Shown here piece by piece: positions 17,119-29,543 of a stretch of 64,000 bases of DNA. The stretch spans positions 857,882 through 921,881 of the forward strand of contig CM082591.2 of NCBI GenBank assembly GCA_040954595.2. The letters are read 5' to 3'. The notes beneath the pieces are model-generated. The model searched no databases. It was not told where the DNA came from and saw nothing but the letters and a program-made list of their open reading frames with translations. The translations under genes and the position numbers were made by a program. The stretch comes from Balanoglossus misakiensis (taxonomy: Eukaryota; Animalia; Hemichordata). Position 1 is the first letter of the stretch. Each line of letters starts with the position of its first letter.

Positions 17119-18920
17119 ATGGAGCTTGGTGCGGAAACAGATCTGAAATTTGTCGACATTGAAGCCCTGGGAACCAGCTTTTCCGTGGCTTGTTCGGACG
17201 TTGGACCTGAGAATGGCCCAGTTATAATGCTGCTCCATGGGTCACCTGCAACATACCGGACTTTCAGAAAATTGTTCCACACTTTGACCGAGAAGGGTTT
17301 CAGATTGATAATGCCTAATTTTCCAGGTAAGCAGATTCACAACATCCCGTTATTTAATAGTAAATGACGAATCAGCAGTCAAATGACGCAGAAAACAGGA
17401 CTAAAACTGAACCTAATTTGCCCGTTTTGTATATTAGCTTAGTAGTTGGTATGGATGATAGGGGGCGCTATTTCGTGTGGGAGTGAACTGACCAATCAGA
17501 AACCGTATAACAACAACGTAACTTTGCACATGAGTCGACATGATTGATTGATTGAATATTATTCTACTTACCTGTTACAGGAATGGGTTATACTGAGCTC
17601 GACAAAAAGGGTATCTACAACTTTTCTGCCCACCATAAAGCTGAGATTATCAAAGCTCTAATTAAAGCCATGGGCGTTAACAGGTAATACTTTAAAAGAT
17701 TTGTACCAGTCATGTGTACATGCATCGAATTAATGTTTATTGTAGTACTTATACTTCAAAAGCTGTATTCACTTTTCTTACAGGGTCGAAACTTTGGGTG
17801 GCTTTTCTTCAGGCGGGCATGTCATTGCACGAGTTGTTGCAGATCAAGAATTTCACTCAATTATCAAGTCACTTACATTTCTTTCTGTACCTGGTGGAAG
17901 GCCATACACGTAAGCTTGTTTATTTTCAGTCTCCAGGGGCGTTAAGTCCGAGGCTGACTTTTCAAGGTTGAAACATACATACATACTAGTACATACTATA
18001 TACATAATGTTTACTTTCATTGTTTCTGTTTACATTTTTTATTTTCCAGTTTAGTGAGACCTCTTTTCCTCATAAAATTTCTTGGAAATTTGGTCTTCTG
18101 GTCGATAAACATTCCTATTATTGGTTGGCTGCTAACACTTCTATTCAAGCCTATATTTAGATTAATTGATCTGAGAGGAAAAACGGACAAGGCAACAATG
18201 TACAGCGTATTTGAAGGTGCACAGCTTGATTTTGAACAGGCAAGTAATTACATAATTATATAACTGGGGCCATATACTCTTTAACATTCTTAAGTTCGTG
18301 TATGGCTAAAACCATACAACAAAGTCAAGTTCATCTGATGTAGATCCTCGCATATACATGATAAAGATGACGATTAAGACCCTAAGAAGTCCATCTACAT
18401 GAAGCTGGTCTCCATAGACCTGAATTCGTCCACACACGTTCAGTTCATGATCTTTCTCAACTATGTTACCGAATTTCAGTGCAAGGACGACTATGTTTCA
18501 ATCTCCAAAAGAAAACTGCCATTTCTAATGATGCACGCGGAGGATGACCCTTCAGTAGAAATGGAGCTGGCCACCGAGAATATGGAGATTCTGGGTGTGA
18601 ATGCAGACAATGCAATCAGATATGACAGACATGGAGAGTTCACTGAAAAGTTCGTGGGTAAGGGTCGCAAGCTTGTGATTCGCATGTTGGTAAAGCATTA
18701 TAAAGCTGTACTGTTGGACTTCTAACACAAGTTCCAACCACAGATCCAAATGTTAATTTAATTGTGGTACAATTTCTCTGTGATCGTTATTTCAGATACA
18801 CAATTACACAGAGTGGTTTGGTTTGAAAAGGGTGGTCACCGATTACAGAATTCATGGCCGGACGTTGTTTGTGAACACATTACTTTATTGATTTCATCAG
18901 TACAAAAAAGTATGCTTTGA
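17119..18920 (+). CDS. Alpha/beta-hydrolase fold protein, paralog D
   Basis: Motifs LLHGSPATY, MPNFPGMG, GFSSG, HAEDDPSVE and FEKGGHRL. Exons 17119-17326, 17581-17683, 17784-17909, 18050-18239 (GC donor), 18480-18657, 18796-18920. Confidence 0.88.
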
Positions 18921-20550
18921 TCAAATACTTGTACTACAACTAAAGATATTTGTATCTATGGTGTTTCTGTCTTTTTTATATTTTTCATATCTCGCATCAA
19001 ACAAAAAAGTGTGGCTCTTGCAACCATTTGTCAAAACGAGCTTGTTTCGAGATTATGCCACTTATATGTAATTCAATACATGGAAAGTGTAATTAATTTT
19101 TGAATAGTGATCGATTAAGACACCCGTATGGATATTCGTACATACCTATTATAAATATACAAAAATTACAAACTAGAAGTTTAATATTAAAGGATGTCAG
19201 TACACCAAGTACCAGTTTTCAATTAATTCATTGAGTCACTTGTAGTACCAAAAATACCCGTGATGGTCAATATCGTAGATGTACTTAAATTTTACATTAT
19301 ATTGTATCAAAAACACATACGATAGAATTTGTGTTAGTTGTAACAGTTTTGAAAATTGGCTGTACTTATTATGCCCATAACTGCAGACACAGCCCTACTT
19401 ATACAAGAAATAAGAATAACTTGTAGATAGCCCATGTTGGTCATTATCATTTCTTTCTAGTATCAAATGTGTGTGTGATCTCCAATATGAGATCTCGTCA
19501 CAGCTTTTGTAAAGCCTTACCTGTCACATCTATTGGTGGCGCTCGCTCACCTCATGGCGAGGACATAAAGTGTTATGTTTATGTTCCCAATGACTGTGAT
19601 CCAAATTTAGCTCAGGGCCGTAAGGTAAAAGTCCTGTATTAATTAACCTCCCGTGGCAAATTGGTAAGCCTATATCCAACTGAACTATGAGACCATGCCA
19701 GTGATAACTGTGAGATGAGTCTTCTTCATGGATCAAATTCAGATGGTACAAATGCAAGCGCGGTTGGACGGAATATTAGCGACTTTCTACTGCAGCAGTG
19801 ATGCGTTAGCTGGTAAACTCCAGTCGAAAGGTTGAGTTGCAGACTTAAAATAGACTCTCTACTACATATATCAGCGCTGGAACATCATCAAAATTTGGGA
19901 TATCAAGGTTAGACTTGTTCTTACACATGCATGATATTGTCTGTTTAATGTACACAACTATGTGAACTATCTACAGCTGTGGGTCATTGATATGATCGAT
20001 GATATGGGTACGTGCGCATTTAAATGTATTAATATCTAATTGGATTGTAAACAGATCTGGGAGAACCTAGTAAATTTCTCCAATCTATGTAAACGATCAA
20101 TGATCAATTTCATGGTATTTTTTACAAGATTATATGCATGTTACGCACTTGTGTTTAAGTTTGTCCAGTCATTTTACCCAGATGCAAATCCTCGATATTT
20201 TATATCGCCATATGGAAAATTATTTGACCTCTGTTTGGTCTAAAAATAGACCACGTCATTTCAGGCATATTAACGATACCCTTTCAGAAATGCCGTGTCA
20301 TACTAAAGAGTCATTCTTTGTGTTTAGAAAAAGCTCTCGTCCGTTTTGGTCTGATTGGCATTTTGTTGATATGCGTCCTATTAATATCATATGTCAAGAT
20401 AAATTACGCATAAATTAATATTAATATGGTGAGCACGTTCTGCAACCCTAGATATGACGATCGCTAAAATTAATGGATATTATTTCACATTTTGTGTTAT
20501 TTTAATTTAGGATTAAAACAGAACGGCCAGAAAGATAAAGACTTGGTGCC

Positions 20551-23500
20551 ATGTCTGATGGAAAGGAAACCAGCGATGTGAATACAACTAAAGAGAGATT
20601 TCAAGAACCCCGTGATGACAGGGAAAGAGGGCCTCTCGATGAGGGCACTGGTTGTTCTATAACAAGAGGCACTTCTATTGAGATTACATCCTGTCCAGAG
20701 AGTGATGCCAGCAACATTGCCGGACTGTACCCATCAATGAATCGCACGAATTCCGGCAAATCAGCTGGCACGTTCGATGGAAGCAAAAGGGCAACTGATA
20801 TAATGATAGAACAAAGTGAAAATGATGGTAGTGTTGGAAATGCTGGGGTTAAGGAGGTTGTTGGCCAAGGTGAATCTGCAATGAATACAAGCAGGCAACA
20901 AGGGAACATTCAAACTGATGTTAATGCGGTTAAACATGAGTTTGGCAGTTTAGAATTCGACACTTGTCCCAGATCTGAAGCCTGTGAGAGGTCAGAAACT
21001 TCAGAAGATGAGAATCTGCCAGAATGTGGGGATGGCATCTTGGGAACCGGAAGCGGAAGTGGTCATCTGGGTGAAAAATCAAACACTGCGCGAATGACAC
21101 GTGACTGCGCTTCAACAGATACCCTTGAACATACCAGTGCTGCAGCTTCAAGGCAACTTCATGAAAACAAGGAAATTCGGCACCTAGATGGCATTGGAAA
21201 ACCCAATGTAATTTCGTCAGGTGAGTCATGGCGAGTTGACTGTACACAAGCATATGTAAATTAGAATGGGTTGAGTCTATTGATAGATGTTTATGAGAAA
21301 AAGCGGTATGGAGAGGTTTGCAACATACTCTATAAATAGCATACAATCCTGTTATGACCAGACATAAATTTGCATACAATATTATATCGTCCAGGCGAGC
21401 TTTTAGAATATTACTGTCACTTCTACCTAGCTGGCGTTGAAGTTATTGTTGTTTTATATATCTCTCTCTCTGTAGATGACACACATAGCCCAGGTGGCAC
21501 CGATGCGAATCCACACAGCGAAGAATTGTTTCGGCTCATTAAGCAGAGAGAGGTGGCGACCCTTTGCCCGTTACTAAAGGTGTCTAACCTACATGCCACT
21601 GAAGACGGCTACACTTTGCTTCATCAAGCTAGCCTGCACAACAGTTCCGAACTTGTAAAGGGACTATTTTACTTCAGCGATTTCACACTGCTTGTCGACA
21701 AAGTAGTGAACGCTTCACACGGGGACATATTCAATGGCAAAACTGCCACTGAGATCGCCAAAAAGAACAAGAATTGGGCTGTTGCCAGGACAATAGAAGA
21801 ATATTCCAGATTGGAAAACCAGCTGACCGACTTACACAGGGCAGCACGCGCTGGAGATTTGAATCAAGTAATCAAACTCTGCGAGGAGGAGGCAGATGTC
21901 AATTGTTTTATAGGTTACATCATTACACCTCTCTACATGGCGACCAGTGCAGGCCACCTGGATGTTGTGAAGACTTTGGTTGACTGGGGCGCTGACATCA
22001 ACATTCGGAACAGCCGAGGGGATACGTTCCTCCACCGAGCAGCGTCCTGGGGACACTATGCTGTGGCTGATTATCTCATCTCCACTGGCCTAGAGTCTTG
22101 TGACATTGATGCTTTGAACCAAAGTCATGAGACGCCACTTCACAAAGCCGTCTGCTACAACCACATCGACATTGTTCAACTGTTGCTGCATAATGAGGCT
22201 AATCCTAACATACCGGATAGATATGGGAACAGTCTGCTACATTTGGCCATTTCAAACTCTTATACAAGTCTAGTAGATCTTCTTCTGCAACATGGAGCTT
22301 TGCCTGACGTTTTGAATGGCGATGGCCACGCCCCACTTCATATGGCCTGCTTCAGCAATGATCCCAACACTGTCAAGGCATTAATGCGACATTTTGCAGA
22401 TGTTAACATTCGTGAGAAGAAGACACAGCAGACGCCATTACATATTGCAGTCGAACATGGACACGCTGACATCGTGACACTTCTTTGCCAGGGTGGAGCT
22501 GAAACGAATTTGAGAAACCAGTGTGGTGTTCCCCCCTTGGTTTTGGCGGTGGCCAAAAATGACGAGGGTGTTGTGGAGACTTTGATTCAACACGGAATCA
22601 GCGTTAATACAACTGTTCCAGAAAAACCTCAATATGCGGAGGACAACTCCCATAGTGACCACACAGATCTCGGATTTGAACACAATTTGAGAAGAAGTCG
22701 AAGATCCGGCAATCAAAAGCTGACAGCTTTGCATCTGGCTGCTGAAAATGGATTCACGCCATTGGTCAAGACACTTGTTGAATCTGGTGCCCGATTGGAT
22801 GCAAAGGATATCATTGGGAGAACGCCTTATCACATGGCTGCCATGAAAGGGAAATTGGAAGTGGTGAAGTATATCATCCACAAAGGTATATTCATAGACA
22901 TTGTCACCAACAAGAACAACACCTGCCTCCATTTGGCAGCAAAGGGAAGTCACGTGACAGTTGTTAAGTACCTACTGAAGAAGGGTGCGAATCCGAACGC
23001 CCTAACCATGTCTTTGCAGACGCCATTACATTTAGCCGCGTGCCAAGACAATATTGATGTGATCGTGTACATCTTGAAGTACGGTGCTGAGATAGATGCT
23101 GTGGATCTGCACGACTGGACGCCATTATACTATGCTGCGCAAAATGGCGAAGATAGGGTCATCCGTTTGTTGGTGGCCAATGGCGCTAAAGTGGAAGGTG
23201 TTAAAGAAAGGGAGACTCCTTTGCACGTTGCTGGAAGCAGAGGACACGTGGAGTGTATTAGAGTGCTTTTGGAACTTGGTGCCAGTGTGGAAGTTCGAGA
23301 TTCCAATATGCTGACCACTCTTCACCGGGCCGCAAACTCAGGCCACCAAGAAGCGGTCAAGCTGTTGATAAGTCTTGGAGCAGGTGTTAATGTCACTGAT
23401 GCTGAGGGTTTGACCCCGCTCCATTTGGCCTGCATGAAAGACAACGTCGATGTTGTCAGATGCCTGGTGGAGCATTCTGCAAACATCAACGCAGAAGATA

Positions 23501-24213
23501 AGCAGAAGACAACTCCCTTGCACATTGCTGCAATGGATGGTCAACTTCTGGTGACTGACTATCTGATCCAGAATGGCGCTAACCTCGATGCGCGTGATGG
23601 AGATGGTCTCACCCCTTTACACGACGCAGCAAAGAATGGGAGGAGTGTAATAGTGGAGGTTCTTGTCAAAGCAGGTGCTCAGTTGAACGCGCAAGATAAG
23701 GACAAGCTCACTCCTCTGCATTACGCAGCTCAAGAAGGCCAATTGGAGGCTGTTGGGGTTCTCTTGAAGAACGGCGCAAACATCAATGCAACTACGGATC
23801 TCAAGCAGACTCCTCTACATCTGGCCACACTGGAAGTCCACCAGCAAGTTGTCGAGATACTTCTGGAACATGGAGCAGAGACTAACCTTGCTGACTTCCA
23901 CAAAGGCACTGCTCTTGTCTATGCATCGAAGGGTGGCAACTTGTTCATTGTGAAGAGACTGATCCAGAATGGGGCACAGGTTAACATGTCTGATTTCCTG
24001 CAGAAGACACCGTTGCACCACGCTGCAGAGATGGGCCACCTGGTTATAGTAGGATTGCTGGTTGAAAGAGGAGCCACCGTTAATGCCACAGACAAGAATG
24101 GCGACAAACCGCTGAATTTGGCGCTGAAAAACAGCCATTACCCTACAGCGACGTATCTAAAAGAACAAGGTGCTCTTCTCAGTAAAAGAACAATGCGTTG
24201 CTTGGTTATGTAA
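20551..24213 (+). CDS. Large ankyrin-repeat protein (>20 repeats) with disordered N-terminus and C-terminal CaaX motif
   Basis: Exon 20551-21220 (CAG|gtgag) joins in phase to 21476-24213. Repeated TPLHxAAxxGxxxxVxxLLxxGAxxN units. Protein ends ..SKRTMRCLVM*. Confidence 0.9.
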
Positions 24214-25548
24214 CAACATACAGGGTCTTTAAGATGAAGAAAATTGGTACCAAAAAGTCTCAGATATAATATAAAAGTGCAGCGTAGTGACATTTACGGT
24301 TTGTGGAATATGATAGTGATGTGGAACAAGATACAGATGAAAACATGTACATGTAGTGACCTTTTAGTTTCGTGGATATTTTGAATTCAATTTTCCGTGC
24401 ATACGCACATTTTTAGAATTCTGTGAAGGCTTATACCGGAGGCCATATACCTGGGAGGGACCTCATGAAAGTATTTACGCTGGTAAAATTTACCCGCACC
24501 TTTTTTTCTACAAGTGTGATACGCGAGCTATACCGCTGTACATATTTAAGTAACTTCTGGCGAGAAAAATGTCCTGCAATGTAGTTTAAAACAGTAATAA
24601 TGGAAATAGTTTCTCGCCTCGTTAACCTAGATATGAAGATTTATTTATCAGACGAAATTAATTGTATTGTCTCAGTGTTCAATTACTACGAGTCTAAATA
24701 TATCCCAATAATAGCCAAGGTTATTTCTAATCAAGTATTTATCTGATAGCTATATATGATAATTATAAACATCAATTGTGCTGGTATAACAGCTACACTG
24801 TCTTCATTACATGGAGTCCTATAAGCATAGATCCAAATGAACAAGATGTCATGATCATGGGTACGCATACAGTAAAGGTAGGCTAGGTTGATTAAGTTTA
24901 TTTTACAATACCCATAACCGAATAAAATTTGATGAAATAACTTTGCAATCTTGAACGCAGAATACAGTTATTTTCACCAGTCTTCTCTTGTTGCCTTGAC
25001 AATAAATTTGAGATTTGTGTAAGTGTGAACTGGGTGAATATTTTTTATTCTGTGCTACCATGTGAGGGCGATATATGAAAACAGATGTGAACACGCGTGC
25101 GTGCACCTGGCATGGCTTGGGGTACAATTCGAAGACGTGGAACCAACTTTGAATTTGATTATGGATTTTTATTTTCGTCGTTCCTTCCTCCTTGATTCAG
25201 AAAAGAGGCGAGAATCATACACTGAACTAGTCTTCCATGTACAATATACATTGCGTTATTAAATCTATCAATTCTTGAGATAAATCCATCAAAAACTCGA
25301 CAAACGAAGAACAGTACGAGCGCCACCATAGTCGCCCTAGTTCAAAGTTCAGGGGAACCTGGATTCCCAACCAATCAGAACGTCGCGACCAGTTCAGCTA
25401 GTCAGGTCATACCCGGGTCACGCCGACCAAATAAGGAAAATATAGGACGGCGGAGAACATCTTCTTTGTTATCAACACATGCATGTCCGGCAGTCGAAAC
25501 AGCCTTGCTTCACTTCTATAACGGTGACTTACAGAAACAGAAAACATC

Positions 25549-28190
25549 ATGTTTAACATCACAAGGCGAGCTGTCGTCGTTCAGGAGATGGTGAAGGCGT
25601 TTGTACAACCGGTGAGTGAAAAGCCTGTTATGAAAGCTACATCATCATGTCAGTATCCATGTTCACATTTCATGATTGATGCTCTCTCATTAATCATAAT
25701 GGGGACATTATTTCGTTTATGGTGAGTGGTGGAGTGGTTTGCTACAGGTCCAACAACCACAGAAAGGAAAGCAATTCTAAGCCACGTTACAGTGGATAGT
25801 GGCAGAGTGTGCGTTTTTTTTTCTCTGGTTGAGATGCATGCAATTATTTTTCCATCCACGTGTCACTGCATGATCGGAAAGTAGGGCTGGTTCATTCTGA
25901 GTTCTGACCTATTTTCGTCTTACTCGTCTATTTGGTGATACAGTTTATGGCGTTCTTGTAATGGTTTGCCTTTACTCTAGTGAATAATGCAGACTCATTT
26001 ATTTTTCCACTAAATTTAACAAGCTCTAGAAATGCCACCCCATCATGCTCACAGTCATCATACTTCGATAACACAAGAGATTTGGTAAATCAGGAATTAA
26101 AAGAAATTTATACAGGAATATAGACTGACAGTGCTTTTATAATCACTAAATCAGGGTATCAAGGTCAGGCCACAGACAGAGTTGAGACTGGTGCTGGGCA
26201 ATGTACCTGGCACTGGCATTTTGATTAGACTAGTCACTCTCTTTGGAAATGGATTATGGGCCCACTGAGGTTTAAATGGATATTACAATTCATCTGCCAC
26301 ATATTAGGTGGCAGATAGCATATGGAATTATGCACATTTCAAACACATTGTGTTCAGACTTCGTACTTACGCAACAAATACTGACTGGGGTCATTGAACG
26401 GAACTTCAAGGACGAATGCAAAATCCCAGTGTCCAGTTACAACCTATTATAATTGTTTTGTTGGCAGATTCAAAATTTTAATGATGTCATGTGTGCAGTT
26501 TTCCTTTTGAGAGATTAGTAGATAAAGTCAGGTAATCTTGACCATAATCCCTAGCCATACATAAGCTTATTGACGGCTGTGAGTAATAATAATGAAAAAT
26601 GTACTGTAAAACAGTATGATGTAGTCAAAATGAGGTCAAGTCAGCAGTTTTCTGTAGTGAACAGGTTTTGTTGGAATCTATTATTGAATACCAAAGAAAG
26701 AAAAAGGTGTTAGCATCACTGCATTCGTAATTTATGCAGTGTTTAGTCAGACAGATTATTGGTGCATTTACTTTACATTTGACTAATTGTAATGCACACA
26801 GGAGCATTAATAGATTGTTCAATCACAATCCCTGGTTGAATGGATTTGGGTATGTCTGTTACCTTTGACTGTAATGGTCTATGTTCTTTCCATGGTCTTG
26901 TTCGTTTAGTTCACATGATTTATACAGAAATCCTTACAATTACTCATAAACACAGTCCATTAACCTACATTTTTTATTATAATGGACTTTGGGTTGAAAA
27001 AGTGATACATTGACCTGGCAGTTGCTATATTTAATTTGTCCCACTTTAAGTGACAGTATTAAACACACTGAAACGCCAAAGTCCAATGAATGGTGTTACT
27101 TATATGTACATCAGTGATTGAGAAATATCTGCCCATATTGTTACACACATGAATGACCTTGTTGATATCACCCAGATGGTATGACGTGCGATGATATCTT
27201 TGCAAGTCAGCAGATGTCCAGATGTGCAAGACTGAGATACAGAGCTGTACATTCATCATGGTGAAATAGCCTAGTTTTAGAAGAAGAAGAAACCATGAAT
27301 AAAAAGCAGATAATAAATAAACTTTCTGTCATTCTATCGATCCACAGCCAAAACATGTAGGTCGCATCGCCAAAGCCTTCTCCATCATGACCCCAGCTAA
27401 TGTCACAGCAAAGAAAATAAATGAAAACTTGTTGTATAAAGAAGTTGAAAGGAATGAGAATCAAGAGACGTACAAGCCGTTGGTTTTGCTGTTTAGCTGG
27501 ATGGCAGCCAAGCAAAAGCATCTTGAGAAGTTTGCCGATTATTACTTGAATCGGCAGTGTGATGTCCTTATTGTTCGTATTTCGCCCAGCCAGTTGCTGC
27601 TTCCTCGGAAGGGGTCACAGGTCATCGCCGAGAAAGTGGTCGAGTTTGTACAACAGGATGACATGAGGCAAAAAGAGTTGCTGGTGCATGCGTTTTCTGT
27701 AGGAGCGTATCTGTACAGCGAGGTGATTCAAAAGATGCAGAAGATGGCGAGACACGAGAAGGAAATACTGCAGCGCGTTCTGGGTCAGGTTTACGACAGT
27801 CCTGTGGATCTCGACAACATCCCGGTCGGGCTGTCGCGAGCTGTGACTGGAAACTCAGTTCTGCAATCCACTTTCCAGAAAACCTTAGAAGGATACCTCA
27901 AGATGGCTCACACCATGGCAACCAAACATTACCAGCAAGCCTCGAAGACATTCTTTTATAATCCAATCACAGCTCCATCGCTGTTCATCTACTCGAAGAA
28001 AGATCCCATCGGAGACCCGGTTACAATAGAGAGGGCGATGTCTTCTTTGCGAGACAAACAAGGCTACCTAGTTTATGGAAAGTGCTTTGAAGAATCGCAT
28101 CACGTCAGTCATCTTTATAAATATCCTGATGAGTACCTGACTACACTTGATGACTTTTTTGATCAGTTTGATCACTTCAAGCAGAAATAA
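25549..28190 (+). CDS. TMEM53/DUF829-family protein (alpha/beta-hydrolase-like fold)
   Basis: Exon 25549-25611 (MFNITRRAVVVQEMVKAFVQP|gtgagt) splices in frame to 27348-28190. Motifs PLVLLFSWMAAKQKHLEKF, LLVHAFSVGA, YDSP, LFIYSKKDPI and FEESHHVSHLYKYPDEY. Confidence 0.85.
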
Positions 28191-28660
28191 CTGACAAAAG
28201 AATCGGCCATTTGTGGGAGTGTAGCTCCTCATGAACTAGAAAAACAATCTGCATTAAAGGTTTTGAAGAATGAAAACATTCGACACATGCAGAAGATTGG
28301 TCAACTCCAAATTGGAGGTAGTGTGTCTTTATCTCATGGTATCATCATTTTTTTTAAATCATGTCACAGTTTCTGAAAGAACTTTTACATATTTTAATCT
28401 GCTAAAAATGGAATTCTTTTTCTGCATATTTTAAACCTCATCACCAGAAATAGAATTCTACCAATGTAAAATATGTCCCCACTCACACATGTATGTAAAA
28501 TTAGCTACCCATATGGCAGACATCACTATTAAACACTTTGCCATTATTTTCACATTCAAAGTTTCAGGGTAAAATTTGTGAATGATTTTTTAATCATACT
28601 GAGAAAAAATTCAAATATTTTCTCAAGGGCATTATTGTGCTAATTCCACATAATTTGTGA

Positions 28661-28796
28661 TTAAAGGCATACAATCACCTCTCATTTACATACATATATG
28701 GTCAAAGAGTTATCGGGGGGGGGGGGGGGGGGGGGGGGATTTTTAACAAATTGCCATGGAAACCAGGTAAATATGCAGGTGACTGTGTACCTTTAA
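28661..28796. mobile_element. Short non-autonomous DNA transposon (MITE), TTAA-flanked, Kolobok-like termini
   Basis: Left end ttaaaggcatacaatcacct; reverse complement of the right end is ttaaaggtacacagtcacct (17/20 match). Internal poly-G at ~28715-28738. Confidence 0.7.
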
Positions 28797-29543
28797 CAAG
28801 TTGTATATGTACAGTCTTTGAAATTTATTATCATGTAATAAATTTTCTTGCACGTTCATATTTGGTTTTGCCGTTTTGGTTGACAATTTTTAAATTTTCC
28901 AGGGTTGGGTGCTCAGACGAAGAGAAATACTGTAGATTCAGTTCATTGTGGACGGGTTTCATTTTCTCAGGTGCTTTTACTTCAATATTGAGAAAAAAGC
29001 AATTGAAACTACTCTTGACTCTGAAGCAGAAATTTTATTCATGTTTTTACCCAACATCAGGTAGTACGGTCCAGCAAAACAAATTCAAATTCAAAATCAA
29101 CTTTTCTGTGTAAAGAAAAAAAAAACTAGGGCATTGAGAAGATGAAACGACATGGCCTGTTACTGGAAGAGATCATTGACGTTCTTTCCAGCTCACTGAC
29201 CTTTGACCTCACTAATCACACACCCAGCTGGTTAAAAATCCTAATATGGCGTTAAAAATGAATTAAACACCTGATTTTATTGATAATACAATTTCACAAG
29301 GAAACCACACAGTTGCTACGTTCAACATGCATTTCATACAAAGCATGGGATGCAAATTTCAATCACACATATCTCTTGAAAAAACAAGAAAAAACATTGA
29401 AACTACAAATGAAAAGTGAACTCAAGGAGAATCACAAGAATGATTTCGGCAGTAACAAAAACGACTGGTTTTTCACTCTTTGAATTCTACAATGCGATGT
29501 ATTTCAGTGTTTAGTGACTCTTGTCAATTATTGTAACACATCA

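Noticed and set aside
21774-24138. Several 60-170 aa ORFs overlapping or antisense to the ankyrin exon
   Set aside because: Shadow ORFs of a long coding exon, with no independent motifs.
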